The notes: generated by a model not told the origin, from the letters alone. Shown: positions 44,486 through 58,295, numbered from the stretch's first letter. The stretch: 64,000 bases of DNA from Octopus sinensis (GCF_006345805.1 NC_043002.1:82088001-82152000), one strand, 5' to 3'. Numbers and translations: made by a program.

Positions 44486-46590
44486 CAGTTTGTGTATATG
44501 TGTGCATGCATATATGTATGTGTGTATGAGGCTCACAATGATCTCTGTGTCTGCTTATGATTATGTAAGCACCTTAAATACGAAACCATAGTGCATGCTG
44601 CTAAATTGGTCTCAATTTTGAGCGACAACTATTGTAGTTTTTATATGTGAACCACAAAAACAGTGATATTCCAAATGAACCCAAATGAATGTGGCAGACT
44701 TTGAAAGGATTTTAGCAATCATGGTTCTGTGAACAAAACAGTTTTAAGAATCCAAGAGCCATAGTGTGTTTTTGCAGCATCAGTATTTGAGTTCTTTGTG
44801 GGCTTTCTTTATCACTAACGGCTCCTAAGTTTCTATGATTATTCCAAAGCTACTTTGCCAAAAGAAACTATGGTTTTTATCTTGGAGTAGCTCGGATTTG
44901 TTTTCATTCAGAACATATTCCATTCAAACTACTTGATGACTGCATGGAGATCTGATTAGCGAAGGGGTTGGGGCTTTTTTTTTTCTCCTCACTGCCTTAC
45001 ATTTTACTTTTTCACTTTGGGAGTTCATTTACATTTTTTTTTTTTAATTTTCTATTTATTATTGGAACTGTGAGTTAGGTTTGTTTTCTTGTGTTAATTC
45101 CTTTCATCTTACACAATGTTTTTAATATTTCATGAATCTAGTTCTTCTGTCTCTTTACTTTGTGTGTATGTTTGTGTATTCTGAGAATGAATTAGAGCAT
45201 ATAGAACGCAAATCTTGCTCCTCCGTCTTGTAGAATTGTGCAAGAAACACAAACGGGTGGGAAGGTGGGATGTAAAAGAAGCAAAGGCAACAATAGCATT
45301 TTAGTTGCAGCAAAACAGTTTCTGATGTACATTTCTATCCATGTGTGTCTAATGTTGTTTGTAAAATAAGTTCCTTCCATTTACCATTTAAGATTTTTCC
45401 ATTTCCAAAAGACATTGGATACAGTGAGGAAGATAATACATATACATTATACACTGAACAGCATAGATTTGGTCATCTTATATAAAGAATATTTTATTAT
45501 TTCATTTGTTTATCATAATATTCTCTCTCTCTCTCCCCTCTCATGTCCATTTGAAGACCTTGGCTTAGATTATAATTCGTAGTCTATGTCTGTCATTCGT
45601 ACATTTTCCTTCATTTTCTTCAATTTTTTAAACAGTAGATTTCAATTGATATCTGGGAAAAGTATCTTTGTTGCAAAGGTGTATTTATTTATAATGTGTG
45701 TATGCACACACGCGCTCACTTACAAAACTATACATTGTGTACAGACTACTTAGTGTTATGTGCAAACTAAATACAATAACCAGGAGGGCAGAGCACCGCA
45801 GCACTGTTCTAGCTCATAAACTTTCTGTGTCTTCCTTTCTCCTCCTTCCACTCTCTTTGGTCTCTCATTCTTTAGCAGTTTTAGCTCCTCTGCCACCACC
45901 ACCAATCTTTCTATATAACACCTTCACTAGTTTTCCCTCCCCACTCCTTCTGCTAGTTTATTGTTGTTGTTGTTGTTGCCCTTCCCTTGACTTAAGTGCA
46001 CTTGATGATTGGATGTTGTTAGTAGATGTGATATTGTTGCACCGGTCTACCCCACTGTGGGAATGTGTCAGTCTCTGCAGTGGAGTGGTTGGTTCTTCTA
46101 TGGGGCTGAGGGAGGTAGAGGGTGGGGGTGGCAGCAGTGGGGAGTAAATGAGCAGGGGACCTAACCCTTCTCTTTAGGCTAGTTGCTCTCTCTCTCTCTC
46201 TCTCTCTCTCTCATACACACACACTGTCTCTACCTACCCCTCTCTCCTCTAAGAACAAGGTCCATGTGAAGAGGTGGGGATTAAGTTTTATTTAGATTTC
46301 ATTGATTTATTTTTTGTCTCTCTGCTTCTCTCTTTGTGTGTGTGTGTGTGTGTGTACACATACATTGGTGTATACAGTGTGTTTGCTCTATGGTAGCAGC
46401 TGAATTTCTAAGTGTCCATAGGTGGAACAGTTTTGCTTAAGGAAACTGAATGATAGGGAGTGATTATAATCCTTATAAATCATGATTGTGAGGGCGTCTG
46501 AGAAAGACAAGGACTTTTCCTTAAAGCTAAAATGGAAGGAAGACTTGGAAGGAGTTTACCTAATATAATTTGTGCTTTTGGATCTGTTCA

Positions 46591-47187
46591 GTTTCACTCA
46601 CAGATTTTTAAATTATTTTTTTAAACTAAACTGTTTGAATCTTTGTATACTGGTGTAATTTCTCACGCTCAATATGGTTTACTTTCAACACTATCAACTA
46701 CCAATCAGCGAGTAAACTTGTCACTGCCACTACAATTACTGCTATATCTCTAACTACATGTCGGGCAAATGAATAAATATATGTAAATAATATTTCTTCC
46801 TTCTTGGTGTTGATTTTTCAATGTTTACTGGTTATTCCAACATGAGAACCAAAAAATAAAAAAGGAAAAAAAAGCATGTAATGTGCAACACAGGCAGTAA
46901 ACAAAAATAAGATAGAACAGAGTGGTGACATTTAGTAGAGATAACCCCGAAGTTGTTCCTCTTTGATTACTATCGCAAACAACAGTAGCTTTCTTCAACT
47001 GAATACATATTGTTGATTGGTCAAAATTATCCAAATACAACAATTTTAACACAAAATAACTTCTAAAATACGAAATTTTGCCCAAAATGTTGAAAGTAAA
47101 CTGTGTTGAGCATGAGAAATTTCACCAGTGTATGAAGTTTCAAACTCTTTAGTTAAAAAAAATAATTTTTAAATTTGTGAGCGAAAC
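46591..47187. mobile_element. Long-TIR non-autonomous DNA element or foldback remnant
   Basis: 46591-46690 and 47088-47187 are ungapped inverted repeats, 84/100 by hand alignment. Confidence 0.75.
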
Positions 47188-49195
47188 AAATCCATACTTA
47201 CAAAGACAGTCCATGATTTTTTTCCCTCCTCTCCTTGCCCACTCTTAATCAAACGAACCATTCTGATGGGCACATGTCATTTGTAAGAGTGGTCTTACCT
47301 TTTTACTAAATTAACAAGGCAAGCAAAAAAAAAAAGTTCTCCTGAACAGGCTGTTGCCTCTACCCGGGGTTTTAAACTACTAATTGTTTTTGCTTATTTA
47401 ATTTTGTTTATATATTTTATTCTGGTCCTAATTAATATTTTCATTGTAAGTTTCACTGTTCAGAAAATAGTCCGAGGTAAATTGGAGGTGAAAAGAGAGC
47501 CAGTATTTACACGACCCAGTAACTTTGACACTGCTAATGAAATTAATTTCTTTTTGTCATTTACTCTTTTGTGTTGGATTAACTTAATCTGTTAGCTTCT
47601 GTAGACATAAACTTGTTTTGTTGCCTGAGCCGTATTTATATAAATGAAATCAGTTTTCTCATTCACTATTTTCTCTTTTAATTTCACACTTGAGGGAGGA
47701 GGGAAAAAAGTCTATGCCTGCTTTACAAAAGGATTGGATATTTGTGTTTGTGCAAGGGTGAAGGAGAAATGTATTTTAACTGTGAGCCTGACAGAAAACA
47801 TGAAGCTTAGCAAGATTAATATATTGAGTTGTTTTATTCTATAATTTCTATTACTTTCTCTTAAGGCAAGCTGTGTTTTCTGTTAGTTTGCTTTTTGTTG
47901 TATCCCCTTTATGTTTGAAATTCCCTCCACATACAATAAACTGATCTTTTACTTACCTATGTATTTTGTATGCTAGCATAGTGTGGACAACGCTGGAAGT
48001 AAAGCTACTTGAAAACAGATGTTTGACTTTGGTGGCTGCTATCAATGGCCCTTCCATGCAGTATCCCCTAGATTTGGGCTCATTTTCTTTGCCAATCATA
48101 TTTGTTCTTACCTCTTTTTTTTTTTTCTGGTTTGGTTCATTGAAATGGATGTGGAGCCTGTAATTTGTTCATCCAGGAGTAGGCAGTTGGATGCTTAGGC
48201 ATACAACACAATGACTGTGCTACTACTGTTATTAGTAGCCTAGTACTCTAATCTGGTGCTAGAAGTGCTTTATATCGGATAGCCTTGTCATTGTTACTTA
48301 TTTAAAAGATATAATTTCAATTTTTTTAAATTTACATGTGTTTGCATCTACTGCGAGTGTATATTTACATTTAAACAAAGCATTGATGCAGATATAAAAG
48401 AGCATATAAAAGAAAAGCAACACTGCATTTTCTTTTTTCTTTTTCTTTTGTTATGCTTCATTGTAATTTCCTCGATAGTTTAGTATCCATTATAAATCCT
48501 GTATGGTGTAGTTTGGTAATTACACCAGGCTACCAACAATAAAACATGAATTCAGACTTCTACAAGTTGCTTATGTTTGTTCTCTTCTGTGTATTTGTGT
48601 GTGTGTGCTCTTTATATTTGATGCAACATGTTGCGTAAATGTAAGCATGACACCATAAGAAATTCCATTAGATGCACTAAACTTGTCAAATATGGTATAA
48701 TCCTCTCCTGTCATCGGCCTTGTATGCAATGAGAGTGTGGGTGTGTGAATTTGTGACAGCAGCTTGAATGAATTCTTAACAATTACTTCAGCAGAAGTTC
48801 AGGTCAGTCCTACTTAAATTCACTAGTCCGCTTAATGCCAACAGTCCTTCTCCATGGGACTGGTGGTTGGAAATGGAAACTAGATTCAACGAGACACTTC
48901 CCAGTTGGTAATGATTTTAGTCCTTGTCATTGTTAATGACCGAGCCACAACACTAACACTTGATGTAACCATATGAATAAGCTCTTTATTTAAAACCACA
49001 TTAATATTGCTCTGCAGTTTGTATCAATTCTAAGCTTTATATATATATGTATATATGTATGTATGTATGTATGTATATATGTATGTATGTAATATGTACA
49101 TATATTGTTGATGCCATAAGAGTTTAAAAACTTTGAGAGAACATGAAATAATTTCTTTTTGAAATAGTGGAACTTGAAGTAGATAAAGCTATAAA

Positions 49196-49522
49196 TCGAG
49201 TTCTCAACCATTTCTTATCTATGGATCCCTTTGATTACTATTTTAGTTTGGTAGACCCTTTAGTCATTTGATGTTGGAAAATTAGTTTTATAGAAAGTTC
49301 CTTAAAAAATTTCAATTTTTTTTTGCACATTAACTTGTGTAGGTTGAACTATGTAGAATGTTAGGTAAAGAAGTCTAGAACCTAGCTGTTTGTCTTTCAA
49401 TACATAGCAATACATACATCTAAAGCAAAATTTTTTCAGGGGCATTTAAAATAGTATTATGGATCCTTGATTTACTATTTTGTTGTGTGCACCCCACTTC
49501 TCAATTTTATATGGACCCTCAG
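49196..49522. mobile_element. hAT-like MITE fragment
   Basis: Begins ..gagttctcaacc like the element at 38200 and shares its atatggaccc end motif. Confidence 0.45.
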
Positions 49523-49665
49523 GGTCTCTCACACCAACCCTACAATGTCATTCTTAAATAGCCACATCATTGAAATCTCAAAGCTATGAGATAATGCATG
49601 ATTAATTCAAAACAATGTCAATAAATAAGCATTATATTTAACAAGTAATCTGAAAGCTAAGAGGT
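49523..49665 (+). mobile_element. MITE D2 3' half
   Basis: tctctcacacc...gtaatctgaaagctaagaggtta. Confidence 0.7.
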
Positions 49666-50254
49666 TACATATATTCTGAACATGTTTTTATATACTTCAA
49701 CACACACATGTTAATGGACATACATTTTACTTCCTGCTCCGATGTTGTGAGTTCTAATCTAGTAATATACTACCATTGTATTTCTGGACACAGAATCCTA
49801 TATTATACATTGTTTCAGTTCCCCAAGCTGTCAAGAATAGTTACCAGAATATTTGTAAATGTTTACCTGTCAAAGATTAGCGTTCCATCTCATTTGCATG
49901 ATGCCATAAACTCCAGAGACATATGAATTACATTATACTCACACACTTCTTATCCACATGCTGTTTAGTCTAGCTTTTGCATTCAGTTTCTTCCTGTCCA
50001 AATTTCATTAATTGCTTTCTTCAGTAAAAGTTATTCACAGGCTAGACAGACATTATTAATACAGGAACTCTTTATGTATAATATTTGGATTGTTGGATGT
50101 TTACATTGATGAAAATGACTCTGAAATATGATGAACCAACTTCTGAAAACCTGAAGAGATCTCAACTGAAATTATTAGATATGTAGTTTGAGAATTAAGG
50201 GGCTCTTTCTTCAGGTTATCTTGTACAGTCATCAGTCATACCACTGAAGCTATG

Positions 50255-50630
50255 GCACAAGACCAGCAAGTTAAGGTGTAGGGGTAAGTCAATTACATCG
50301 ACCCCCAATAATCTGTTGGTACTTATTTTACCAACACTGACAGCATTTGAACTCAGAATATAAAGATGGGCAAAATGCCATTTAGTATTTTTGCTTGGCA
50401 TGGTAATGATTCTGCCAGCTCACCACTTTAGACAAAAGTGGAATTGGCTTCAAATTTTGGCACAAGGCCATCAAGCCCCAGTGATCAACTGGTTCTTATT
50501 TTATTGACCCCAAAAAGGCGAAAGGTAAAGTTGACCCTGGCGGAATCTGAACTCAGAGCAATAAAGTCGGACTAAATGTTGCTAAGCATTTTGCCTGGCG
50601 TGCTAACAATTCTGCCAGCTCGCTGCCTTA
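50255..50630 (-). mobile_element. Two tandem SINE-A copies (50255-50428, 50445-50630)
   Basis: Each ends, on the plus strand, in tctgccagctc.c..c.tta. Confidence 0.8.
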
Positions 50631-51010
50631 CACTGAAGCTATATAATATTAATTGTAGATAATGATCAGAAAATTGAATATAATTGTTTGTCATTAGTAA
50701 ATAACGCTGCTTGAAACTGTTTATACTTTTGATTGTGTATCTGTGTGTGTGGTTTCTCTGCTAACCTCTTTTGGAAGCAAAATAAATAAATAAAGAAAAC
50801 TATACAAGCTGTCAGAATGACATGGTTTGTATTTATATAGAATTAATCAGCCAGGGTTTGTTTCTTTACTTGTTATTAACAGAGCGTGACATGTAGTATG
50901 TAACAATTAGAAGATATCTCCACAGGTGTTCTTATTTCATTAATTACATTAATTATTTTACAGGTCGTTTGTCAGCCTTCAACAACAGAAACAACAACAA
51001 TAACAATAAT

Positions 51011-51225
51011 GCTTTCTACTGAAGGCACAAGGCCTTGAAATTTGGAGGGAGGGGGACTAGTCGATTACATCAACCCTAGTGCGTAACTGGTACTTAATTT
51101 ATCAACCCCGAAAGGATGAAAGGCAAAGTCGACCTTGGCGAAATTGAACTCAGAATGTGGCAGCAGATGAAATACTGCTAAGCACTTTGCCCTCCGTGCT
51201 AACGATTCTGCCAGCTTAGCACCTT
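51011..51225 (-). mobile_element. SINE-A full length, CpG-rich
   Basis: Intact core aaggatgaaaggcaaagtcgacc. Confidence 0.9.
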
Positions 51226-52264
51226 AATAATAATATAAAAAACAAGAGCAATGACTTGAGATTTTGTCGTTATGCAAATTAGTTTTATCCTACACTTCAC
51301 AAATTACCTTTTTGCATTTGTTTTGTAAGATTCTTCATTTGAAATGGTGCATCAAACCAGATGTTGTTTTTATCTTGGGAGGGTCATTTTGCTTATAAAG
51401 AATCACACGCACTGATTCTATTATACTTTATTATTATTGTTGTTGTTATTATTATTATTACTATTTGTCAACTAGATAACCAGTCAAATGATTGATTTCT
51501 TGATTAAGATCAGCACTTGGACTAACGAGGACATGTCATTGATGAGGTTGCAAATATCGGTGAAAGGGTTCTGACAAACCAACTGATTAACTGATTGATT
51601 GAACATTTAATCAGGCAATCTATTAGTTAATTGGTTAACTAGTTGATGACGACAACAACAACAACAACAACAAAAACTACTACTGCCACTAATAATAATA
51701 ATGATAATAATAAAAGAAGGGAAATACAACCACTATGTGTGTTTCTTTTTGACAAAATGAACTTTCAAAGATAAAAAAGTTTTACAAATTATTCTGTAAG
51801 ATAACCAAGATCATTGTAGCATCACTGCTTTGCCAATATTTTCATTTAGCATGATACTGTCCATTCAAACATGTCTTCTTATCGTAGGTGTTGAATTAAT
51901 TAAATTCAGGCTTGGGATCGATGTTTCGGTATTATGTTGGCAGACTCAGTAGAGCGATAGACAAAAATGCTTTGCGATATTCATTTGTATAGCTTTGTGT
52001 TGTAAGTTTAAACTCTGCCAAAAATCAACTTCATTTTTTTTTTTTTTTTTTTTTTATTCTTTCACTCTTTTTCACTGATGGTAAAATAAGGATCAGTTGA
52101 ATATGGAAAGGTTGCTCCAATCTATTATAGCACTTCTCAAAAACAGTTGCCCATGCTGAGATATCTTGTCCACAGACAAACAAACAAGCAAACACGACTG
52201 AAAACAATACATCTGCCTTCGTTAGGGCGGAAGTAATAATAATTACAATAGGGCTTTTAATATA

Positions 52265-52470
52265 CAGACTAATCGTGAAATTCATGCCAGATGACCAGAT
52301 ATTATGGTTCTTGACTTGGGGAGAAAAAAGTGCACCATCATAAATGTGGTTATATCTGCTAACATGAATGTAGTGGTCAAAGAAAGAACAGGGAAAATTA
52401 GAAAAAGCACCAGGATTTGGCCAGAGAAATACAACAACTGTAAAGGGTTTCTACTAAAGTAACCGAGCTT
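52265..52470 (+). pseudogene. R4/Dong-like restriction-like endonuclease (PD..D/ExK) remnant
   Basis: QTNREIHAR*PDIMVLDLGRKKCTIINVVISANMNVVVKERTGKI, then after a frameshift KHQDLAREIQQL*RVSTKV. This matches the R4-clade pattern QTDR.I.ARRPDI...IID...KEKIEKYQDL..E..RLW. Confidence 0.75.
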
Positions 52471-52513
52471 TTATAGCTCCCTTATTGAGATTGGCGTAAC
52501 TTCAAGAGCTGCA

Positions 52514-52742
52514 TTAACCCTTTAGCATTTAAACCAGCCATATCCGGCCAAAAGTATTCAACTTGTTTTATGTTCAGACTGGCTAAATCTGGTCTCTCAC
52601 ACCTACCCTACAATATCGTTTTAAAAATTAACGGCTACCTCATCAAAATCTCATAGCACCAAGATAATGCCTGATCAGTTCAAAGCAATGTGGATAAAAA
52701 AGGATTAATTTTGGCAGAATAATGCAAACACTAAAGGGTTAA
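52514..52742 (+). mobile_element. piggyBac-like MITE D2
   Basis: TTAA-ccctttagcattt ... acactaaaggg-TTAA. Confidence 0.88.
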
Positions 52743-53539
52743 TTCAGAAATCTGCTCTATTGGGAGCAGCAAGGATTGTAAGAAAGGTCCTTGATACCTA
52801 AAGGAACTAGTTCTGACCCGGTATCAAGGACATTGAATTTGAATGTAAAAGATTTATTGCACACCATAAATATTAATTTAGCACAAGGCCAGCAATTTTG
52901 AGGGCAGGGTATACATGAGCTCAGATCACAATAACTGATTAGCATTTACTTTTTACATATTTAGTAAGGAGCCTCAGTAAATGCATTAGTTAATCCCAAA
53001 ATGTGGGACTTGGGCAATAGAGTGTGAGCTACAGGTGTTACTTTAAGTTTTCACTGAATTCATAAATTCAGTTCATTTGCAATTTCTTTCTTTTTTTTCT
53101 TCTCCTTCCCCCCAACACCTGTCTTCTTGAATTTAATTTTTATTCTTTCCCCTGTATGTATTCAACTTATTGGGGGTGAGGGTTAGAAATAGAACTGAAG
53201 AAGATACCATTTGTCAACTTTAACATTTTTAGCTTAAAACCTTATTTTGCTCCCTGGTGACTAAACATTTTTTTTTTTAATTTTCTTTTGTGTTTTACAA
53301 GTTTAATTCTTTTGTTTATTTATTTTTTTCATGGGTGATGGTGGAGTAATTAACCTCATACACTGACTAAATACCAGTTCTTTCCCAGTTAAGTTTCTTA
53401 ATTAGCTAATTTCATTGTCATTCAGGCAAGATTTATGCTCAATATTTTCCCAATAGGTGTTATTTAGTTTGTAAATCAGCTTTTTCTTTCTTTTCTTTCT
53501 TAAATTTGTATCATTATTATTGTTGATGTTGTTATTAGA

Positions 53540-53935
53540 AAGGGTAGTGGGTTGGCAAAGTCATTAAAGCACCAGACAAAATTCTTTGCAGTATTTGTTT
53601 CTGTACTTTGTTTTGTATTCAAATAAAGTACCAGTCAAGTGTTGGGTTGATGGTGTTGACTGCTCTCTCTTTTGCTGGCCTCATGCATAAATCAGAAACT
53701 ACTACTACTACTACTATCATTATTATTATTATTATTCTGGCAGAATTGTTAGCAAATCGGACAAAATGCTTAGTGGAATTTCTTTTAGTTATTTTACATT
53801 CTGAATTTGAATTCTGCCAAGGTCAACTGTGCCTTTCATCCCTTTGGAGTTGATGAAATAAGTACCAGTTGACTACTGAGGTCAGTTACATTGACCCAAA
53901 ATTTCAGGCCTTGTGCCTATAGTAAAAACAGATTA
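53540..53935 (+). mobile_element. Two tandem SINE-A copies (about 53540-53700, 53737-53935)
   Basis: Head and core motifs, separated by (ACT)n(ATT)n. Confidence 0.75.
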
Positions 53936-55165
53936 TTTATTGGCTATTTTCACTATTCTAACTACTTACTTGGGTTTAAATGTTTGCATTTTCCCATGCA
54001 GGGTTAGGTTCAAGAAAAGGTTAAAAAAAAAAAGAAGAAATGAATAAAAAAAACCTGAAAAGTCTCTACAATATATAATGTTATTGTGTTTTAAAAATGA
54101 ATAGATTTCCAATGCAACTTCTTGTTCTCTTTAGCCATTTATTTCATTTCCTCTAGGTGATCATTATTTTCTTTCCAGACAAAACTCAGCATTCAATATT
54201 CTAATTATGTTCATATACAAATGATGTTTTAAATGCTTTTATTTTATTTTTATTTTATTTTTTACTTTCTTTTCTTATCTATCTACTAGACCTAAATTGT
54301 GTGTGTGTGTGTGTGTGTCCTTCATTATCCAACTTTCTTCAATTCAGTTAAAAACCTTTCAGAAAGCAACAATAGCTGTCACCAATCTCTCTTACTGTAA
54401 ATATAACACTGCCCCCACCACCACCACCACACACACACTACCACCACCACTACCACTCTCTCTCTTTCTCTCTGCGCCAGCATTAGTATAAGAAACTATT
54501 GATTCCTTAATGCAACTAACTAATTGATATATCACTGATGAGCAAAAGGTTCGAATGTAATTAATAATTAGTTAGTGAAAAAACCAGTGAGGGCTAATAT
54601 CTGTCTACTGTATATAGCTATCAATGATATGGTACAATTAGAGATTGACAAATAATGATGATGGTGATGATGATGATTGTAATTCAAGATATACAATTAC
54701 ATTTTTATTTCTCAAAATTGTTTCTGTTGAAAGCTTTATGTCAACAAAATCATTTTGGTGAGCAGCATACAACATGAGGCTATTGAGTGCATATGTGAAG
54801 ATGCATGAAGTTCCTTTTCTTATAAATGGCTCGTTTAATGTCAAATATGATCAAAGTTTTGTTCAGTGATATCATTTTTCATCCTGGGACCACTAGATTG
54901 CTGATCATCGTTCTCAAAATGACTTCATCTCTGGTTTTTTAAGCACTGGTTGACCATAAAGGCTGCCATATGCTAATAACTTTGAACTTATTTGGGTAGT
55001 CTGCTGAGAAGCTTTAATACATGTCTGAATGAAATGGAATCTTAGAAATTCAAGGTAAAACGAAACAAATTCTATGTAGGAATTGTGAAGGAATACCTTT
55101 AACAGACTAATAAGTGCAGGAACGAAGATAATATTTTGCTTTGTGTAAACTATGCAGCTTGTGGA

Positions 55166-55212
<47 letters not shown>

Positions 55213-55522
55213 GTATGTATGTATGTATGTATGTATGTATATATATATATATAATTAAAACATTGCTATTTCTGGTATCCATTTTTTTTTTTTTTTCATT
55301 CCATGCTGCTTAAGTTTTGCTATTATTTGGAATTCATAAAGAACACTACAAATAGCAGCAAAATTATTTATTCTGTACTTGAAATTACTGGTTTCTTTTG
55401 ATGCTCTAAAATATATAATAATGCAGGAGAAGTTTGTTATTCTGAGGTTCCAGAAAAATAATGTCAGAACCAAACATTTCAAGAACAACTTTATCAGCTT
55501 ATTAAATTTAGCTTATGGCTTA

Positions 55523-55855
55523 TGGTGTGAAGGCACATGGCTCATTGGGCTTACATTTGTGGGATTGTTGGTTTGATTCTTGGACTGGGCTGTGTGTTGT
55601 GTTCTTGAGCAAGACACTTTATTTCATGTTGATCCAGTTCACTCAGCTGTAGAAATTGAGTAGTGATGTCACTGGTGTCAAGCTGTATCGGCCTTTGCTT
55701 TTTCCATGGATAATATTCTTGCCAGGGAGAGGGGAAGCTGGTATGCATTGGTGGCTGCTGGTCTTCCATAAATAACCTTGCCCAGACTTGTGCCTCTGAG
55801 GGAAACTTTCTAGGTGCAATCCCAGTCATTCATGATCAAAGGGGATGTTTACCCT
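55523..55855 (+). mobile_element. SINE-F (tRNA-like head)
   Basis: A-box-like tggctcattgg, B-box-like ggtttgattc, and ttgagcaagacacttt shared with 3900-4102. Confidence 0.6.
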
Positions 55856-56060
55856 TTTTTTATGGTTTATAGTTCTGTTACTGCTGTTGTTAATGGCTGT
55901 GATGACTCCATTTCCTCCTCATCATCATTCTTGTTGGTCTTGAAATTAAATTCAGCATGCTCATTACAGTTTAGTTTCTCATCATCTTTATATGGTGCCG
56001 GCATTCCTTCCTGAGTAAGCTTTGAACCCAGAAATATAAATGCAAACTGCATGAGTACTA

Positions 56061-56287
56061 TTAACCCTTTAGCACTTAAACTGACCATATCAAGCCCAAA
56101 TATTTTACCTTTTTTTTTATATTCAAACCAACCAGATCTAGCCTCTCACACCTACCCGACAATGTCATCTTAAAAATAAACAGTCACATCATTGAAATCT
56201 CAAAGCTACAAGATAATGTGATATTAATTCAAAATAATGTGAATAAATATTACATTTGATAGAATAATCTGAATGCTAAAGGGTTAA
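56061..56287 (+). mobile_element. piggyBac-like MITE D2
   Basis: TTAA-ccctttagcac ... gaatgctaaaggg-TTAA. Confidence 0.88.
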
Positions 56288-56389
56288 ATACTCTGATACT
56301 CTTGGTTGTTTTAGTCACAGCATTTCAGCCATTTTAACCTACAGTCTTCTTCAGCTGTGCATCACATTTGATAATGTTCTCAGAATTTT

Positions 56390-56627
56390 GAATCAGGAGC
56401 GTGGCCGTTGCCAGTATTGCCTGACTGGCCCTCGTGCCGGTGGCATGTAAAAGCACCCACTACACTCTCGGAGTGGTTGACATTGGGAAAGGCATCCAGC
56501 TGTAGGAACTCTGCCAGATCAGACTGGAGTCTGGTGCAGCCATCTGGTTCACCAGACCCCAGGCAAATCATCCAACCCATGCCAGCTTGGAAAGTGGACG
56601 TTAAACGGTGATGGTGATGATGATGAT
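56390..56627 (+). mobile_element. Family E 3' fragment
   Basis: Ends ggaaagtggacgttaaacgg followed by (GAT)n. Confidence 0.85.
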
Positions 56628-57911
56628 GTTTTTGTGTTTTTTTTTTTGTTTTTTTTTTTAGTGTCCATGATAGGTAAATTGTTCTCATTCCATTGTCCGT
56701 ACCAGGGATATTCTTTTTAGTTCTGTTACATGTGATACTGTTAGTTCATTGTGCTTCAGCTAGAGTGAGTGAGCAAGTATGTGTTTATACATACATGCAT
56801 AGGTTGACTGATCCATGGATTGAACTCAGCACCCCCCCTAGCTATACTGCTATGCTCCAACACTTAATTCTTAATCAGTGCTTATGTTCAATATCCTATT
56901 TACCCCATTGTCTCATAGGATTATCCAGGCCACTCTGTCCTATTTCTCCTCTGCCATACTGTTCTTATACACTCATGGAAACAATGATATGAATCTATAT
57001 TCTGATAGTATAACACAAGCTTGCCAGGGATGCAAGCCTCAGTTATAACGGTTACACTGAGTGACAATATTAGATGACTGTGTGTGTGTGTGTTGATTCA
57101 TCATTACCATCAAAACATGATTTTTTTTTTATCTTCGTGTGGATTTTGCAGTACACAATATCTCTATTATCTTATCTATGAAGGCCGCACATTCTTAGAT
57201 CTGATGTCATCTAATCTTTTTGTGTTTTCTTTTTCGTCCACCACAAACATCTTTCATTGTCAGCTCATGGCACTTTTTTTTCTTTTCTTTTTTTTTCTCT
57301 CTCTCTCTCTCTCTCTCTCAACCAGCAGGTGTTATTAATTCGCATTACATGCTTACATCACCAGCACACAACTGCCTTTAATATTCAGCCATTTTACTCT
57401 GCTCACTTGTGCTTAGCCCGGATGATTAGAACATAATAAGCAGTTATATAGGTGTATGATTCTTGTTGTTACCCAGTAAAATATCATAGTGAAAAGAAGT
57501 GAATTGCTATACACATGTCAGTCAATCTACAAATTACAATGACAGCGTATGTAATATCTTCTCCGATTTCTTTTCTATTGTCCCAATTGATTGGAATTAG
57601 ATTGAAGTGGTTGTTTGTCTATTTATAAATAGTTAAAACTTTATTGATTTTTATGGAAAGTGTTTAGATATACTGCCCCCCACCCCACCCCACACTGTTA
57701 ATATTTGAAAGGAATATGATTTTTTTCCCTTACTTTCCGACTCTTCAAATCTTGATTCAGCATTGCTGTTATATATTCCTGTTGCTTTTTTTTTTCTGTT
57801 CACCTGTTTAGTTTAAAGCATGAGAAATTTAAAAAAAAACACTAAGACTAATAAAAAACAATAAAAAAAAGAACAAGCATGCATGTTCAATAATGGCTGT
57901 TCTTAGCTAGG

Positions 57912-58295
57912 TATCATCATCATCATCATCGTTGTTTTAACGTCCACTTATTCCATTTTTGTCTGAGTCTGACAGAATGTGTCGAAGCAGATTTTCTATG
58001 GCTAGATGCCCACCCTTCCTGTCACCAACTTTCACCTCTTTCCATGCAGGGTAATATTCCCCTGTTGCCAGACATGCTTTCATAGAGGAAGACTGGAAAT
58101 AAACAACTTCATTTGTATGCTGAAATACTCGTGTTAACTATTGTGCAATATCAAGATGAGGAAGCATACACACAATGAGATTTTTCCAGTCTATTAAATC
58201 CACAGTCCACTCATGAGGCTTTGGTTGACCTGGGGGTATGGTAGAAGACACTTGCCTAAGATGCCATGCAGTAGGACTGAGCTCAAAACCATACA
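57912..58295 (-). mobile_element. Chimeric SINE (SINE-B head with E-type 3' module), second copy
   Basis: Reverse complement is colinear with 8486-8870. Confidence 0.6.

Noticed and set aside
44934-44955. TGATGA…CTGA as a C/D-box snoRNA
   Set aside because: The boxes are only 12 nt apart and there is no terminal stem or partner boxes.
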